DNA of 64,000 nt from Terriglobia bacterium (GTDB lineage: Bacteria; Acidobacteriota; Terriglobia; UBA7540), in assembly GCA_036521995.1 (NCBI GenBank), contig DATDGR010000233.1, positions 2,342 through 66,341 of the forward strand, read 5' to 3'. This document shows, in pieces, positions 38,280-46,543 of this stretch; the stretch's first letter is position 1; every line of letters starts with the position of its first letter. The notes below the pieces were generated by a model that was not told the origin of the DNA, made no database searches, and worked only from the letters and a program-made list of their open reading frames with translations. The position numbers and the translations under genes are program-made.

Positions 38280-41135
38280 CTATTGTACGGTGAGCGTGAT
38301 GGTCGCGGACTCTGAAACCTGGCCAAAAGTCCCGGTGACTGTCACTGAGTACGTGCCCGCCGGGGTTCCGGGATTTGACGGCGGCGGAGAAGCACTCGAA
38401 CCGCCTCCCCCGCAGGCACCGTAGCCCGCTAAAGCAGCGATCACAATCAGAGCCAGAACTTGCACTGAAGTCACCCGGGATCGCCGGCCGGGCGTGAAGG
38501 CCAAAAACTCGGCTCTGGCCGGCCTTCGGTTCCGCCACCCCAAGCCCAGCAGCAACGCCGCGCCGCAAACCAGCCAGACCGCTGGCGTGAGCGGCATGCC
38601 ACGCCGGCCTGGCGGACGGAACAACGCCGAAGCCGCCGTGGTGGAGATCGTCAGCTTGGCGTTGGCCGCATTCGAGCCCGGCGTAACGCTCGCAGGCGAG
38701 AATGAGCACGTGGCCAGTGAGGGCAGAGTGGAGCCTGAGCAGGCAAGCGTCACCGCGCTCGTGAAGGCGCCGAATTTAGGACTCACCGAAATGGTGAAAC
38801 TGGCGGACTGGCCCGGGCTCACGCTAGAGCTCGACGGCGACGCGCCGATCCCGAACCCCGTGGCCGTCACCTGGATGCTCACCCGGGGCGAAAGGGTGAC
38901 GCCGTTGTTGGTCGCGCTCAGGCTGACGGTGTTCGATCCTGACGGGCAATTCGGCGACGGCGTGGGACCCGAGCCCGAACCGCAGGTGCCGGTCCAATTG
39001 TAGGTCAGCGGGCAGCCATTCGGGTCCTGGTCGGTGGCCTGCAGCGTGCCTCCGCCAGCGTTCACAGTTTGGGTGGCGGGGGCGGACAGGGTCGGAATCT
39101 CCTTCTCGGCGGCGGCGAGCGTATCCACCCGGCCCGAGCCGTAGATGTTGTTCGGGATGGGGCTCCCGATCGGATCAGCGTTGCCGAGCAGGAGGCCGTG
39201 GAGCGCCTGGCGTGCCATGGTGTCCGTCACCGCTCCGCTCGAGCTGCTGAGCAGGCACGGAGCAAGCTGAAGCAGGAGCGCGTCCGCCCCGGCGGCGTGC
39301 GGCGTTGCCGCCGAGGTCCCGAAAAACGGATTCAGAAAATCCCCGGTTCCGGTGACAGAAACGCCGTCGATGCCGGTGACGTCGGGCTTGTTGCGGCCGT
39401 CTGTCGTCGGTCCCTGGCTGCTGTAAAACTCGATCTGAGTGTGATCGGGGTCATTCGGATAGTCTGGGCACTGCGGCACCCCGGAGCAGATAGCGCCAAC
39501 CGCCACCACGCTCGCCGGAGTTCCTCCGGCGTCGGACTCGGCCGGCACGCTGCTCGACGGCGTGTTGTAGTTGTGCTCTTCGTGATTCGGAGGACTGATG
39601 GGCTTGATGGTTGCTTGCGCGCACTCCGGCGTGAACAAGAACATATTGAGATTGCGCACGGCCGCCTTGTTGCCCGCGTTTTGAATCACGATCTCGAAGG
39701 TTCCCTCGGGCGCCGACGCCGGCTGGGCGTAATCGAAGAATTCCACCGGGTCTTGCGTGCCCGTCTGCGGATTCGTGCTGCTGGCCACCACTTGGCCCGT
39801 GCTCTGCTCCACCAGGAAAAGGTCGTAATCATTGCTCGAGCTGCCGAACGGATCGTTCCAAGTGAGGACCACCTCGATCTCGCCGTTAGGAGGCAGGATC
39901 ACCCGGTCGGACGTGGTGGGCCCGAGCTTCAGAATGTCCGTGGTGGTGGAATTGCCCTGAAACAGGTGCAGGTCGCCGCCTCTGCCCAACAGGCTGGTGC
40001 CGTCGACCTTCGAGTCCGCGTATGCACCCAGATAGTGGTTGACGGCCTGATTCCCGACCGCGGTCAGCCAGGCGCGGATGGGATTGCCGGAGCCGTTGAG
40101 CTGCGCGGCGGTGTTCGCAGAGACCGGGCTCGTGCCGTCGTAGGGAAAACCGAAGAAGCCGATGTCATCGAGACCCACATCCACGTTAGAGGCGATGTAA
40201 TCGACCGCCTGCTCGAAGGCCATGCTGGTATCGAAGTTGGCGAAGTAAAGTTGGGCCCCCGGCGCGACATCGTGCAGAATCTCGAGCAGCGCCGTGCCTT
40301 CAGCGCCCGCGCCCGCAAATCCGCAGCCCGGCGGCGGCAGACCTTCGAGATCCTGATTGGCACTGAACGACCGAGCCGTGATTCCGCCGCTGGCGGAGGT
40401 CAAGGTGCCGCTGGCGTTGCGCGTGCCCATCGCCTCCGGCAGGTCGCCGGTGGAAATCGGCCCGCCCGTCACGCCGCCCACGGTGCAGCTCGCGTTCGGC
40501 GCGGGACAGGCGGCAAAGATGCCTTTCAGGCCGTCGGAAATCGCACCCACCTTCACGCCGCTGCCGTCCACGTGATAAGTGGCCCGCACGTTAGTCGCCT
40601 TGATGATGCTGTCGCCCTGGCTCTCCACCGAGCCTGTCAGCGGGAAGCCGTAATTCGGCAAGGTGACAAATCGCACCACCGGCAGCGCTCCCACCGCCTC
40701 GAGCCGCGTGACCGGCGCCCGGGCCTGCACGATGCGGTTGCGGGCGTCGACAAGCTCGATGGTGGCCCCGGCGCTCCGGAGGGAATCAAGCGCGGAGTCG
40801 AGCGCCGCTCCGCCAGCCGCCGTCACCAACACGTACACCTGCACCTCGCCGTGGGCGTCGATGCGCATCAGGCCGCTGCGCGAGGCGTCCCGCACCGCCT
40901 TCGGCATGGAAGCCATCGCGAGGCCCCGCAGCATCTCGGCGTGACGGCCGGGCAACCAGGCGCCATGCTCCTGTGGCACGGCAGCCGCCAGGCTGGCCAG
41001 AATCGTCTGAAGCTTCGGGTGCTTGTACGGCGTCCCCGAAGCCTGCTGGCCGCGAAGTTCCCGCACCTCGGGCCCAGCCGCCAGAAATAAGGCCGCGAGC
41101 AGGATGAGGGCTCGCGACACAAACCGAGTGGACAT
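38280..41135 (-). CDS. S8-family (subtilisin-like) secreted peptidase with Ig-like repeats; the C-terminal part may be a fused or read-through small lipoprotein ORF
   Basis: Signal peptide, the serine motif GTSAATPHAAG, and repeated Ig-like segments (SPGQSASFTISV..., GTYSVTVTG...). I could not place the Asp and His motifs by eye. Confidence 0.7.
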   Translation of the reverse strand: MSTRFVSRALILLAALFLAAGPEVRELRGQQASGTPYKHPKLQTILASLAAAVPQEHGAWLPGRHAEMLRGLAMASMPKAVRDASRSGLMRIDAHGEVQVYVLVTAAGGAALDSALDSLRSAGATIELVDARNRIVQARAPVTRLEAVGALPVVRFVTLPNYGFPLTGSVESQGDSIIKATNVRATYHVDGSGVKVGAISDGLKGIFAACPAPNASCTVGGVTGGPISTGDLPEAMGTRNASGTLTSASGGITARSFSANQDLEGLPPPGCGFAGAGAEGTALLEILHDVAPGAQLYFANFDTSMAFEQAVDYIASNVDVGLDDIGFFGFPYDGTSPVSANTAAQLNGSGNPIRAWLTAVGNQAVNHYLGAYADSKVDGTSLLGRGGDLHLFQGNSTTTDILKLGPTTSDRVILPPNGEIEVVLTWNDPFGSSSNDYDLFLVEQSTGQVVASSTNPQTGTQDPVEFFDYAQPASAPEGTFEIVIQNAGNKAAVRNLNMFLFTPECAQATIKPISPPNHEEHNYNTPSSSVPAESDAGGTPASVVAVGAICSGVPQCPDYPNDPDHTQIEFYSSQGPTTDGRNKPDVTGIDGVSVTGTGDFLNPFFGTSAATPHAAGADALLLQLAPCLLSSSSGAVTDTMARQALHGLLLGNADPIGSPIPNNIYGSGRVDTLAAAEKEIPTLSAPATQTVNAGGGTLQATDQDPNGCPLTYNWTGTCGSGSGPTPSPNCPSGSNTVSLSATNNGVTLSPRVSIQVTATGFGIGASPSSSSVSPGQSASFTISVSPKFGAFTSAVTLACSGSTLPSLATCSFSPASVTPGSNAANAKLTISTTAASALFRPPGRRGMPLTPAVWLVCGAALLLGLGWRNRRPARAEFLAFTPGRRSRVTSVQVLALIVIAALAGYGACGGGGSSASPPPSNPGTPAGTYSVTVTGTFGQVSESATITLTVQ

Positions 41136-41170
41136 GCAATGGCTCCTCGCCTGGCCTATTCTAGCAAAGC

Positions 41171-41246
41171 AGGAGTCAGGAGCCGGAGAGTCATAGATAA
41201 GAAGTCAGAAGCCAGAAGTCAGAAGCCAGAAGCTGGAAGCCAGAAC
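41171..41246. repeat. tandem 14-mer array (AGAAGTCAGAAGCC and variants, about 5 units)
   Basis: Identical units at 41200..41213 and 41214..41227. Variants lie at 41171, 41185 and 41228. Confidence 0.85.
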
Positions 41247-41255
41247 TAGTGTCAT

Positions 41256-41500
41256 GTCTCCGAAGTTCGTCCAAGAATTCAGCTCCGAAGGAGCGACATA
41301 ACGTAGCCCACGGCGTAAGCCGTGGGTCGGGGCACCGCGCCATCCCTCTCCCTCTCCCGCCCGCGCGGGAGAGGGATGCCGAAGGCGGGGTGAGGGCCGA
41401 TTCATCCCAGGGCTCACGCCCTGGGCTACGTCATGTCGCCCCTAACGGGGCTTGCCGGAGCTTCTCTGAGAGCCAGACTTCATCTACGAACTTCTGAGAC
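41256..41500. repeat. MITE-like / REP-like palindromic element with long imperfect terminal inverted repeats
   Basis: Termini GTCTCcGAAGTTCGT (41256..41270) and ACGAACTTCtGAGAC (41486..41500). Each arm carries GCGACATnACGTAGCCCAnGGCGTnAGCCnTGGG with an 8-bp hairpin (41307..41326 and 41406..41425). A central 11-bp perfect stem CATCCCTCTCC/GGAGAGGGATG lies at 41341..41378. Confidence 0.6.
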
Positions 41501-42164
41501 ACGACGCCAGGAATGCGGCCTGCGAGTTCGTTGAACGCCGCCATGAGGTCATTTGGATGAAAATGTCGGGGTGCATCGCGATGTGCGCTGGGCGGTTCAC
41601 GAACCGACCCCCTACCGCTGAGTGCCGACTTCTGTCTTCTCGAAGCTTGACGGCGCCCGCGGCTGAGGTTGCCGTTCAGGCTCAAGTGGTGCTCCGGGAG
41701 GGCCATAGCCCTCCTTAGCCAAGAAGTTACTCCCAACCCCCCCCACCCCTAGATGCCAAAGCTGGAATGTGTTTTAGAATCAACAACGTAATCAAGAACG
41801 AGGGGCTCCTCCAAAGCTGGAAGGGGAATCCGCGGCCAATACTAAAACAACTCCTTTTTAATCAGATGAATCCAGGGATCCTGCAGAGCCCCAGAAAACC
41901 AAAACCGGAGCCAAACGGCTCAGACGGAGCGCCAATTGAGGACACAATCCGCTTGGAATCAGTAGTCTACGGCCACTGAGGAACAAGCATCAGCGAGCGC
42001 GAACGGTTGTCAGGACGCCGTTGTCTCGGTTTCCCACCAAAGACCAGGAAGAGCCAACTATTCCTCGCCTGATGGCGAGGGATTTCCACCATCCTCGATG
42101 CGGACACTAATGATATAAGAAGGGCTGCGATTCTAAAGCATTCGTCTGGGTCGAGCAACGCAGA

Positions 42165-44258
42165 TTGATGAACCCGATTAGGAAACTCTTCTGGCTTGGC
42201 GTGGCAGCACTGGGCGCGATCGGGCTCAGCCTGATTGCCACGGCGCGCGGCGAGCCTTTGAATGCGGTCTGGCTGGTGACGGCGGCCGTCTGCATCTACG
42301 CGCTCGGCTACCGCTTTTACAGCCGCTTTGTGGCCTGCCGGGTGCTCGGTCTCGACGACGCCCGCGCCACGCCCGCCGAGCGCCTGGAAGATGGCCGCGA
42401 TTTTACTCCCACCAACAAGTGGGTGCTCTTCGGACACCACTTCGCCGCCATCGCCGGTCCGGGACCGCTGGTCGGGCCGATCCTGGCCGCTCAGTTCGGA
42501 TATCTGCCCGGCACGCTCTGGATCGTGATCGGCGGCGTGCTCGGCGGCTGCGTGCAGGACTTCGTTACGCTCTTCTTCTCGCTGCGCCGCAACGGCCGCT
42601 CGCTTGGCGAGATGGCCAAGGCCGAAGTGAGCGAGTTCGGCGGCTGGACCGCGCTCTTCGCCGTGCTGGCTATCATGGTGATCCTCATCGCCGTGGTGGC
42701 CCTCGTGGTTGTGAACGCGCTTAAGTCGAGCCCTTGGGGCGTGTTCACGATCGCCGTCATCATTCCGGTGGCCTGCCTGCTGGGGCTTTACCTGCGCTAT
42801 GTGCGGCCCGGGCGCGTGCTGGAAGCTTCCGTCCTCGGATTCCTCCTCGTGATGACCGGCGTCATCGGCGGCCGCTATGTGTCCGACTCGGCGCACTGGG
42901 CGCCCTACTTCACCTATACCGGCCTGGCGCTGGCCTGGATCATCATCATCTACGGTTTCATCTCTTCGGTGTTGCCGGCCTGGCTGCTGCTCGCCCCGCG
43001 CGACTACCTGGCCACCTTCATCAAGCTCGGCACCATTCTGGCGCTGGGCGTGGGCATCCTGCTCGCTCATCCGCCCATGCTGCTGCCCCCGCTCACCCGT
43101 TTCACCGATGGCACCGGACCCATCTTCGCCGGCAAGGTTTTCCCCTTCTGCTTCATCACCATCGCCTGCGGGGCCATCTCCGGGTTTCATTCGCTCATCG
43201 CCTCGGGCACGACTCCCAAGCTGATTACCAAAGAGAGCCACGCTCGCACGATAGGCTACGGATGTATGATGATGGAGTCCTTCGTCGGCGTTATGGCCAT
43301 GGTGGCGGCCACCGTGCTCCGGCCCGGAGTCTATTTCGCCGTCAACAGCCCGGCCGGGGCCGTCGGAGCCACGCCAGACGCGGCCGTGGCCACCATCACC
43401 GCCTGGGGCTACCCGGTGACGGCGCAGGAGATGGCCGACTTGGCCCACCGCGTGGGTGAGATCACCCTCTTCAACCGCACCGGGGGCGCGCCTTCGCTCG
43501 CCGTCGGCATGGCGCAGATCTTCTCGCACACCCTCGGCATGGGCGGCCTCGAGGCCATCTGGTATCACTTCGCCATCATGTTTGAGGCCCTTTTCATCCT
43601 CACGGTGCTGGACGCCGGCACGCGTGTGGGCCGGTTCATGCTGCAGGAGCTGGCCAGCCACCTGGTGCCGGTGTTCGGGCGCACGGGCTGGTATCCCGGT
43701 GTGGTGCTCACCAGCGCGCTGATCGTCGGGGCGTGGGGCTACTTCCTGCTGGGCGGTGTGCGCGATCCGCTGGGCGGCATCAACAGTCTGTGGCCGCTCT
43801 TCGGGATCTCGAACCAGCTTCTGGCCAGCATCGCCTTGTGCATCGCCAGTACGATCCTGATCAAGATGGGCAAGCGCCGCTACCTTGGGGTGACACTGGC
43901 GCCGCTCGTCTGGCTGGTGACGGTCACCATGACGGCCAGCTATCAAAAGGTGTGGTCGCCGAATCCGCGCCTGGGATTCCTGGCGCACGCCCGGCTGCTC
44001 TCGGACCAGCTGTCGAGCTCAACGGCAGCCGGGACCCTGCCTGCCGCCCGAGCCGCCGAGACGGCACGATTGATTTTCAACGACCGGCTCGACGCTACCG
44101 TAACCTTGATTCTGGCGGTGCTGGTGGTGCTGGTGCTTGCCGAGTCGGCGCGGCAATGGTGGCTCTATACCTTTGGCCGCAAGGAGCCCGCACTGAGCGA
44201 AGCGCCAGCACAACTTTCGAGGCTTACAGCCCAGCGGCTTCGCGGAGACGAAGGTTGA
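42165..44258 (+). CDS. cstA: carbon starvation protein A (peptide/pyruvate transporter family)
   Basis: 697 aa with the typical CstA N-terminus (GEPLNAVWLV..A.CIYALGYRFYS.F....L..DD...TPA) and about 16-18 TM helices. Confidence 0.9.
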   Translation: MMNPIRKLFWLGVAALGAIGLSLIATARGEPLNAVWLVTAAVCIYALGYRFYSRFVACRVLGLDDARATPAERLEDGRDFTPTNKWVLFGHHFAAIAGPGPLVGPILAAQFGYLPGTLWIVIGGVLGGCVQDFVTLFFSLRRNGRSLGEMAKAEVSEFGGWTALFAVLAIMVILIAVVALVVVNALKSSPWGVFTIAVIIPVACLLGLYLRYVRPGRVLEASVLGFLLVMTGVIGGRYVSDSAHWAPYFTYTGLALAWIIIIYGFISSVLPAWLLLAPRDYLATFIKLGTILALGVGILLAHPPMLLPPLTRFTDGTGPIFAGKVFPFCFITIACGAISGFHSLIASGTTPKLITKESHARTIGYGCMMMESFVGVMAMVAATVLRPGVYFAVNSPAGAVGATPDAAVATITAWGYPVTAQEMADLAHRVGEITLFNRTGGAPSLAVGMAQIFSHTLGMGGLEAIWYHFAIMFEALFILTVLDAGTRVGRFMLQELASHLVPVFGRTGWYPGVVLTSALIVGAWGYFLLGGVRDPLGGINSLWPLFGISNQLLASIALCIASTILIKMGKRRYLGVTLAPLVWLVTVTMTASYQKVWSPNPRLGFLAHARLLSDQLSSSTAAGTLPAARAAETARLIFNDRLDATVTLILAVLVVLVLAESARQWWLYTFGRKEPALSEAPAQLSRLTAQRLRGDEG

Positions 44259-44480
44259 ATGATCAACAGCCGAATGGACGCGGGACCATTTGAGATTGAT
44301 GCCATGCTCACCCAACTGCTGAAGACGCTCTGGCACTTCCTCCGCGAGGTCAGCGGAGAGAATGATTACCCTCGTTACCGGGATCGAGCCCTTGCCCGCG
44401 GCGAATCGCCGCTCTCGCCGGTTCGTTTCTACCTTTCCCGGCTGGAGCATAAATACTCGCGGCCGAATCGCTGCTGCTGA
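44259..44480 (+). CDS. YbdD/YjiX family (DUF466) CstA-associated small protein
   Basis: 73 aa. The ATG abuts the cstA TGA. Contains GENDYPRY and the C-terminal RPNRCC. Confidence 0.8.
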   Translation: MINSRMDAGPFEIDAMLTQLLKTLWHFLREVSGENDYPRYRDRALARGESPLSPVRFYLSRLEHKYSRPNRCC

Positions 44481-44508
44481 GGCGACGAAAGCGGATTCAA
44501 GAATCGAT

Positions 44509-44775
44509 TTAGCGGGGTGGTGTCGACTCGTCTCTAGCTACGGAAGCATCGGGGATAACCGAAATCCCATTAGTCAACTCCTGGCTCAATCGCACGGCGC
44601 TCGGGTGTCCGTCGATCCGGACCAGCAGCGACGCATTTCGGATTCCGGCATCAACGGTAATCGAGACGGCTGGTGTCAACCCCAGCCGTTCCATTTCGCG
44701 GAGCCTGGAGGGGTCGCGATCAGAGACACAGCTGATCACCGCTCGAGCGCCGCAAGCCCATTTCGAAAGGGGCAT
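44509..44775 (-). CDS. FeoA-domain protein (stand-alone)
   Basis: The 88 aa from MPLSKW follow the FeoA/SH3-like pattern (L......G....I..V.......RL..LGL.P...I.V.........V.IDG...A....L...I.V). No feoB gene is nearby. Confidence 0.5.
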   Translation of the reverse strand: MPLSKWACGARAVISCVSDRDPSRLREMERLGLTPAVSITVDAGIRNASLLVRIDGHPSAVRLSQELTNGISVIPDASVARDESTPPR

Positions 44776-44906
44776 TTCCTGGCGCCGGGGTACGGCTGCT
44801 CCTTTGCGGCAGAAGCTTGGGCTGAAAACGGGGACGCGGCAGCAGGTCCGGCTGGTGATAAACTGCCAGTGACGGTATTGAGATGGACGACGGGAGGAGA
44901 GCACCA

Positions 44907-45476
44907 ATGAGATCAACAGTGGCCGCCGGCCTGGCTTTCGCTGTGACCCTGCTGCCTGGAAGTGCGGCGATGGGCCAGACGCCCGAGCAGAAGAAAGACG
45001 GCGTTCGTAAGATGGCAGCGCAAACGCTGGATCACCTGTATAAGCTTCAACCGGCTTCCCGGGCGGCGATCCAGAAGTCGGCGGGATACGCCGTTTTCAA
45101 CAACACGGGCGTGCACGTCCTTCTGGTGAGCTCGGCGCGCGGCAGCGGCATGGCCGTCAACTCCGGGACCAAGCAGGAGACCTTCATGAAGATGATCTCG
45201 GCAGGCGCCGGTCTCGGGCTGGGAGTCAAGGACTACAGCGTGGTGTTTGTGTTCGAGACCCAGGATGCGCTGAATGATTTCATCAACTCCGGCTGGCAGG
45301 GCTCGGCCCAGACCGACGCGGCGGCCAAGGCAGGGAAGGACGGCGACGCTTACTCGGGTGCGGTCACGGTTAAGCCGGGGGTGTGGGTGTACCAGATCAC
45401 CAAGAACGGGCTCGCTCTGCAGGTGACCCTGCAAGGTACGAAATACTACAAAGACAGCGACCTTAACAACACGTAG
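44907..45476 (+). CDS. lipid-binding SYLF (Ysc84-like) domain protein, secreted
   Basis: Signal peptide after the SD GGGAGGAG. Contains SAGYAVFNN.G...L.S.ARGSGMAV and AGAGLGLGVKDYSVVFVFET..AL..F. Confidence 0.6.
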   Translation: MRSTVAAGLAFAVTLLPGSAAMGQTPEQKKDGVRKMAAQTLDHLYKLQPASRAAIQKSAGYAVFNNTGVHVLLVSSARGSGMAVNSGTKQETFMKMISAGAGLGLGVKDYSVVFVFETQDALNDFINSGWQGSAQTDAAAKAGKDGDAYSGAVTVKPGVWVYQITKNGLALQVTLQGTKYYKDSDLNNT

Positions 45477-45752
45477 CGCCTTTTGTCGTTGGCTGAGAGT
45501 CTGACGGCGACCCACGAAAGATCTCACCCTCCAACTGCCGGCCCTGCTGGCGCCTCAGCCCGATTTCTGGCCATGGCTTGCGCACCGCGCAAGGCAGTGC
45601 GGTTTCCCACGTGAGAGCCGCGTTGGAACCGGGCGGTCCACCAGGGGATTTCAGTATGCCTTGGGACGGCCTCGACAGCACCGGTTGCCAGATTGCTCCA
45701 CAGCGAGTGCGCCCGCCTATCTAACGAACTTTACCCGCTGCCGTATTTCCGC

Positions 45753-45780
45753 TTGACATGCTTAGGTACCATGCTATGGT
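45753..45780 (+). promoter_or_regulatory. candidate sigma70-type promoter TTGACA-16-TATGGT, homologous to the one at 53615..53642
   Basis: TTGACA at 45753..45758 and TATGGT at 45775..45780. The downstream GATG-N5-TGAGTAATC is shared with the 53.6-kb copy. Confidence 0.45.
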
Positions 45781-45789
45781 TGATGAAAT

Positions 45790-45927
45790 ATGAGTAATCA
45801 GGTCGCGCCCTCTTCGATGATGCTTCCCCTGGGCAGGGGCTTTGCTGCGGCGGGGTTTCGGGAGAGGGTCTGGCTGTCCGTCAAGCTGCCCGACGGAGGG
45901 AGCTGGGGCATTTTCGTATGTTATTGA
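45790..45927 (+). CDS. candidate 45-codon ORF (MSNQVAPSSMMLPLGRGFAAAGFRERVWLSVKLPDGGSWGIFVCY), near-leaderless
   Basis: The ATG is 10 nt after the -10 box. Third positions are G/C in 33 of 45 codons by my count. It falls below the ORF-track cut-off and shows no homology I can recognise. Confidence 0.25.
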   Translation: MSNQVAPSSMMLPLGRGFAAAGFRERVWLSVKLPDGGSWGIFVCY

Positions 45928-46045
45928 AAAAATGACATCTAGCTTTTTGGCGGGGGTTTCGCGCTGAAAAAAATCGAAAAGTATCAATCGAAGCCTAAGA
46001 CTCCTCTAGAATCAACACGAGAATCAAAACGGCTCATTCGGAACC
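45928..46045 (+). repeat. diverged relative of the GGTTCGTTT/TAGAATCA composite element
   Basis: GGCGGGGG tract, A-runs, then TAGAATCAA (46007..46015). GAATCAAAACGGCTC follows, matching GAATCAATAAAACGGCGC of copy 1 (minus strand). Confidence 0.35.
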
Positions 46046-46430
46046 CAGCAACTTGTTGATAACACTATTGTTAGACTAAAATCCCAGCATGTCGTTGAAA
46101 GCATGTAGTTTAAGTTGATCTGCGCCGCCCTTCCGGCCGTTTATCCCTGGTTTTTAGCCCCTAGAATGGCGGTCTTGGTCCTTTTTTTCGTGACTGAACG
46201 CCGTCTTGGACCTAACTAACTGACATCAATAAACTTAGACGCCTATTGGTCTGCGGTTGACAACCTGGGGGCGGGGCAGGTGTTCGGCGATGGACAACTT
46301 GTCGCACGCCGGACAACGCGAGCACGCCAGAACGGGATCAGTGTCCCGTAGGCCATTCTGTCTTAAAGCTTTACAATCACGAACCCCTTGGCCCGGCAGT
46401 TGCCTGAGATTCTTCGCTCCGCTGCGCGCT

Positions 46431-46500
46431 GCTCAGAATGACACGTCTTGTGACTTTGCTCAGAGTGACGCGTCTTGCGGCGTATGCAGACCTACGCCGC
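46431..46500 (+). repeat. two 20-bp direct repeats (GCTCAGArTGACrCGTCTTG) followed by an 8-bp-stem hairpin, 43 nt upstream of the ADOP permease start
   Basis: Repeats at 46431..46450 and 46458..46477 (18/20 identical). Hairpin GCGGCGTA (46477..46484) / TACGCCGC (46493..46500). Confidence 0.7.
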
Positions 46501-46543
46501 CGCTTCGCTGGTGGCACGATGCAGGGTACTGAATTGGTGACCG

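Noticed and set aside
39069-41090. 673-aa ORF on the plus strand opposite the S8 peptidase gene
   Set aside because: It is a shadow ORF: Arg/Gly/Ala-rich with no domain pattern, while the opposite strand carries clear peptidase and Ig-like motifs.
41431-41736. 101-aa minus-strand ORF in the cstA upstream spacer, with a protein-like stretch HFHPNDLMAAFNELAGRIPGV
   Set aside because: Third-position G/C is only moderate. The ORF runs straight through the right arm of the MITE-like element, there is no recognisable domain, and no SD or promoter is evident.
41967-43988. 673-aa ORF on the minus strand opposite cstA
   Set aside because: It lies entirely antisense to a well-supported transporter gene. 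The translation is Arg/Gly/His/Pro-rich low-complexity sequence, typical of shadow ORFs in GC-rich DNA.
44362-44910. 182-aa plus-strand ORF overlapping the ybdD-like and FeoA-like genes
   Set aside because: It overlaps the 3' end of the well-supported ybdD-like gene in another frame and is antisense to the FeoA-like ORF. The translation has no domain pattern.
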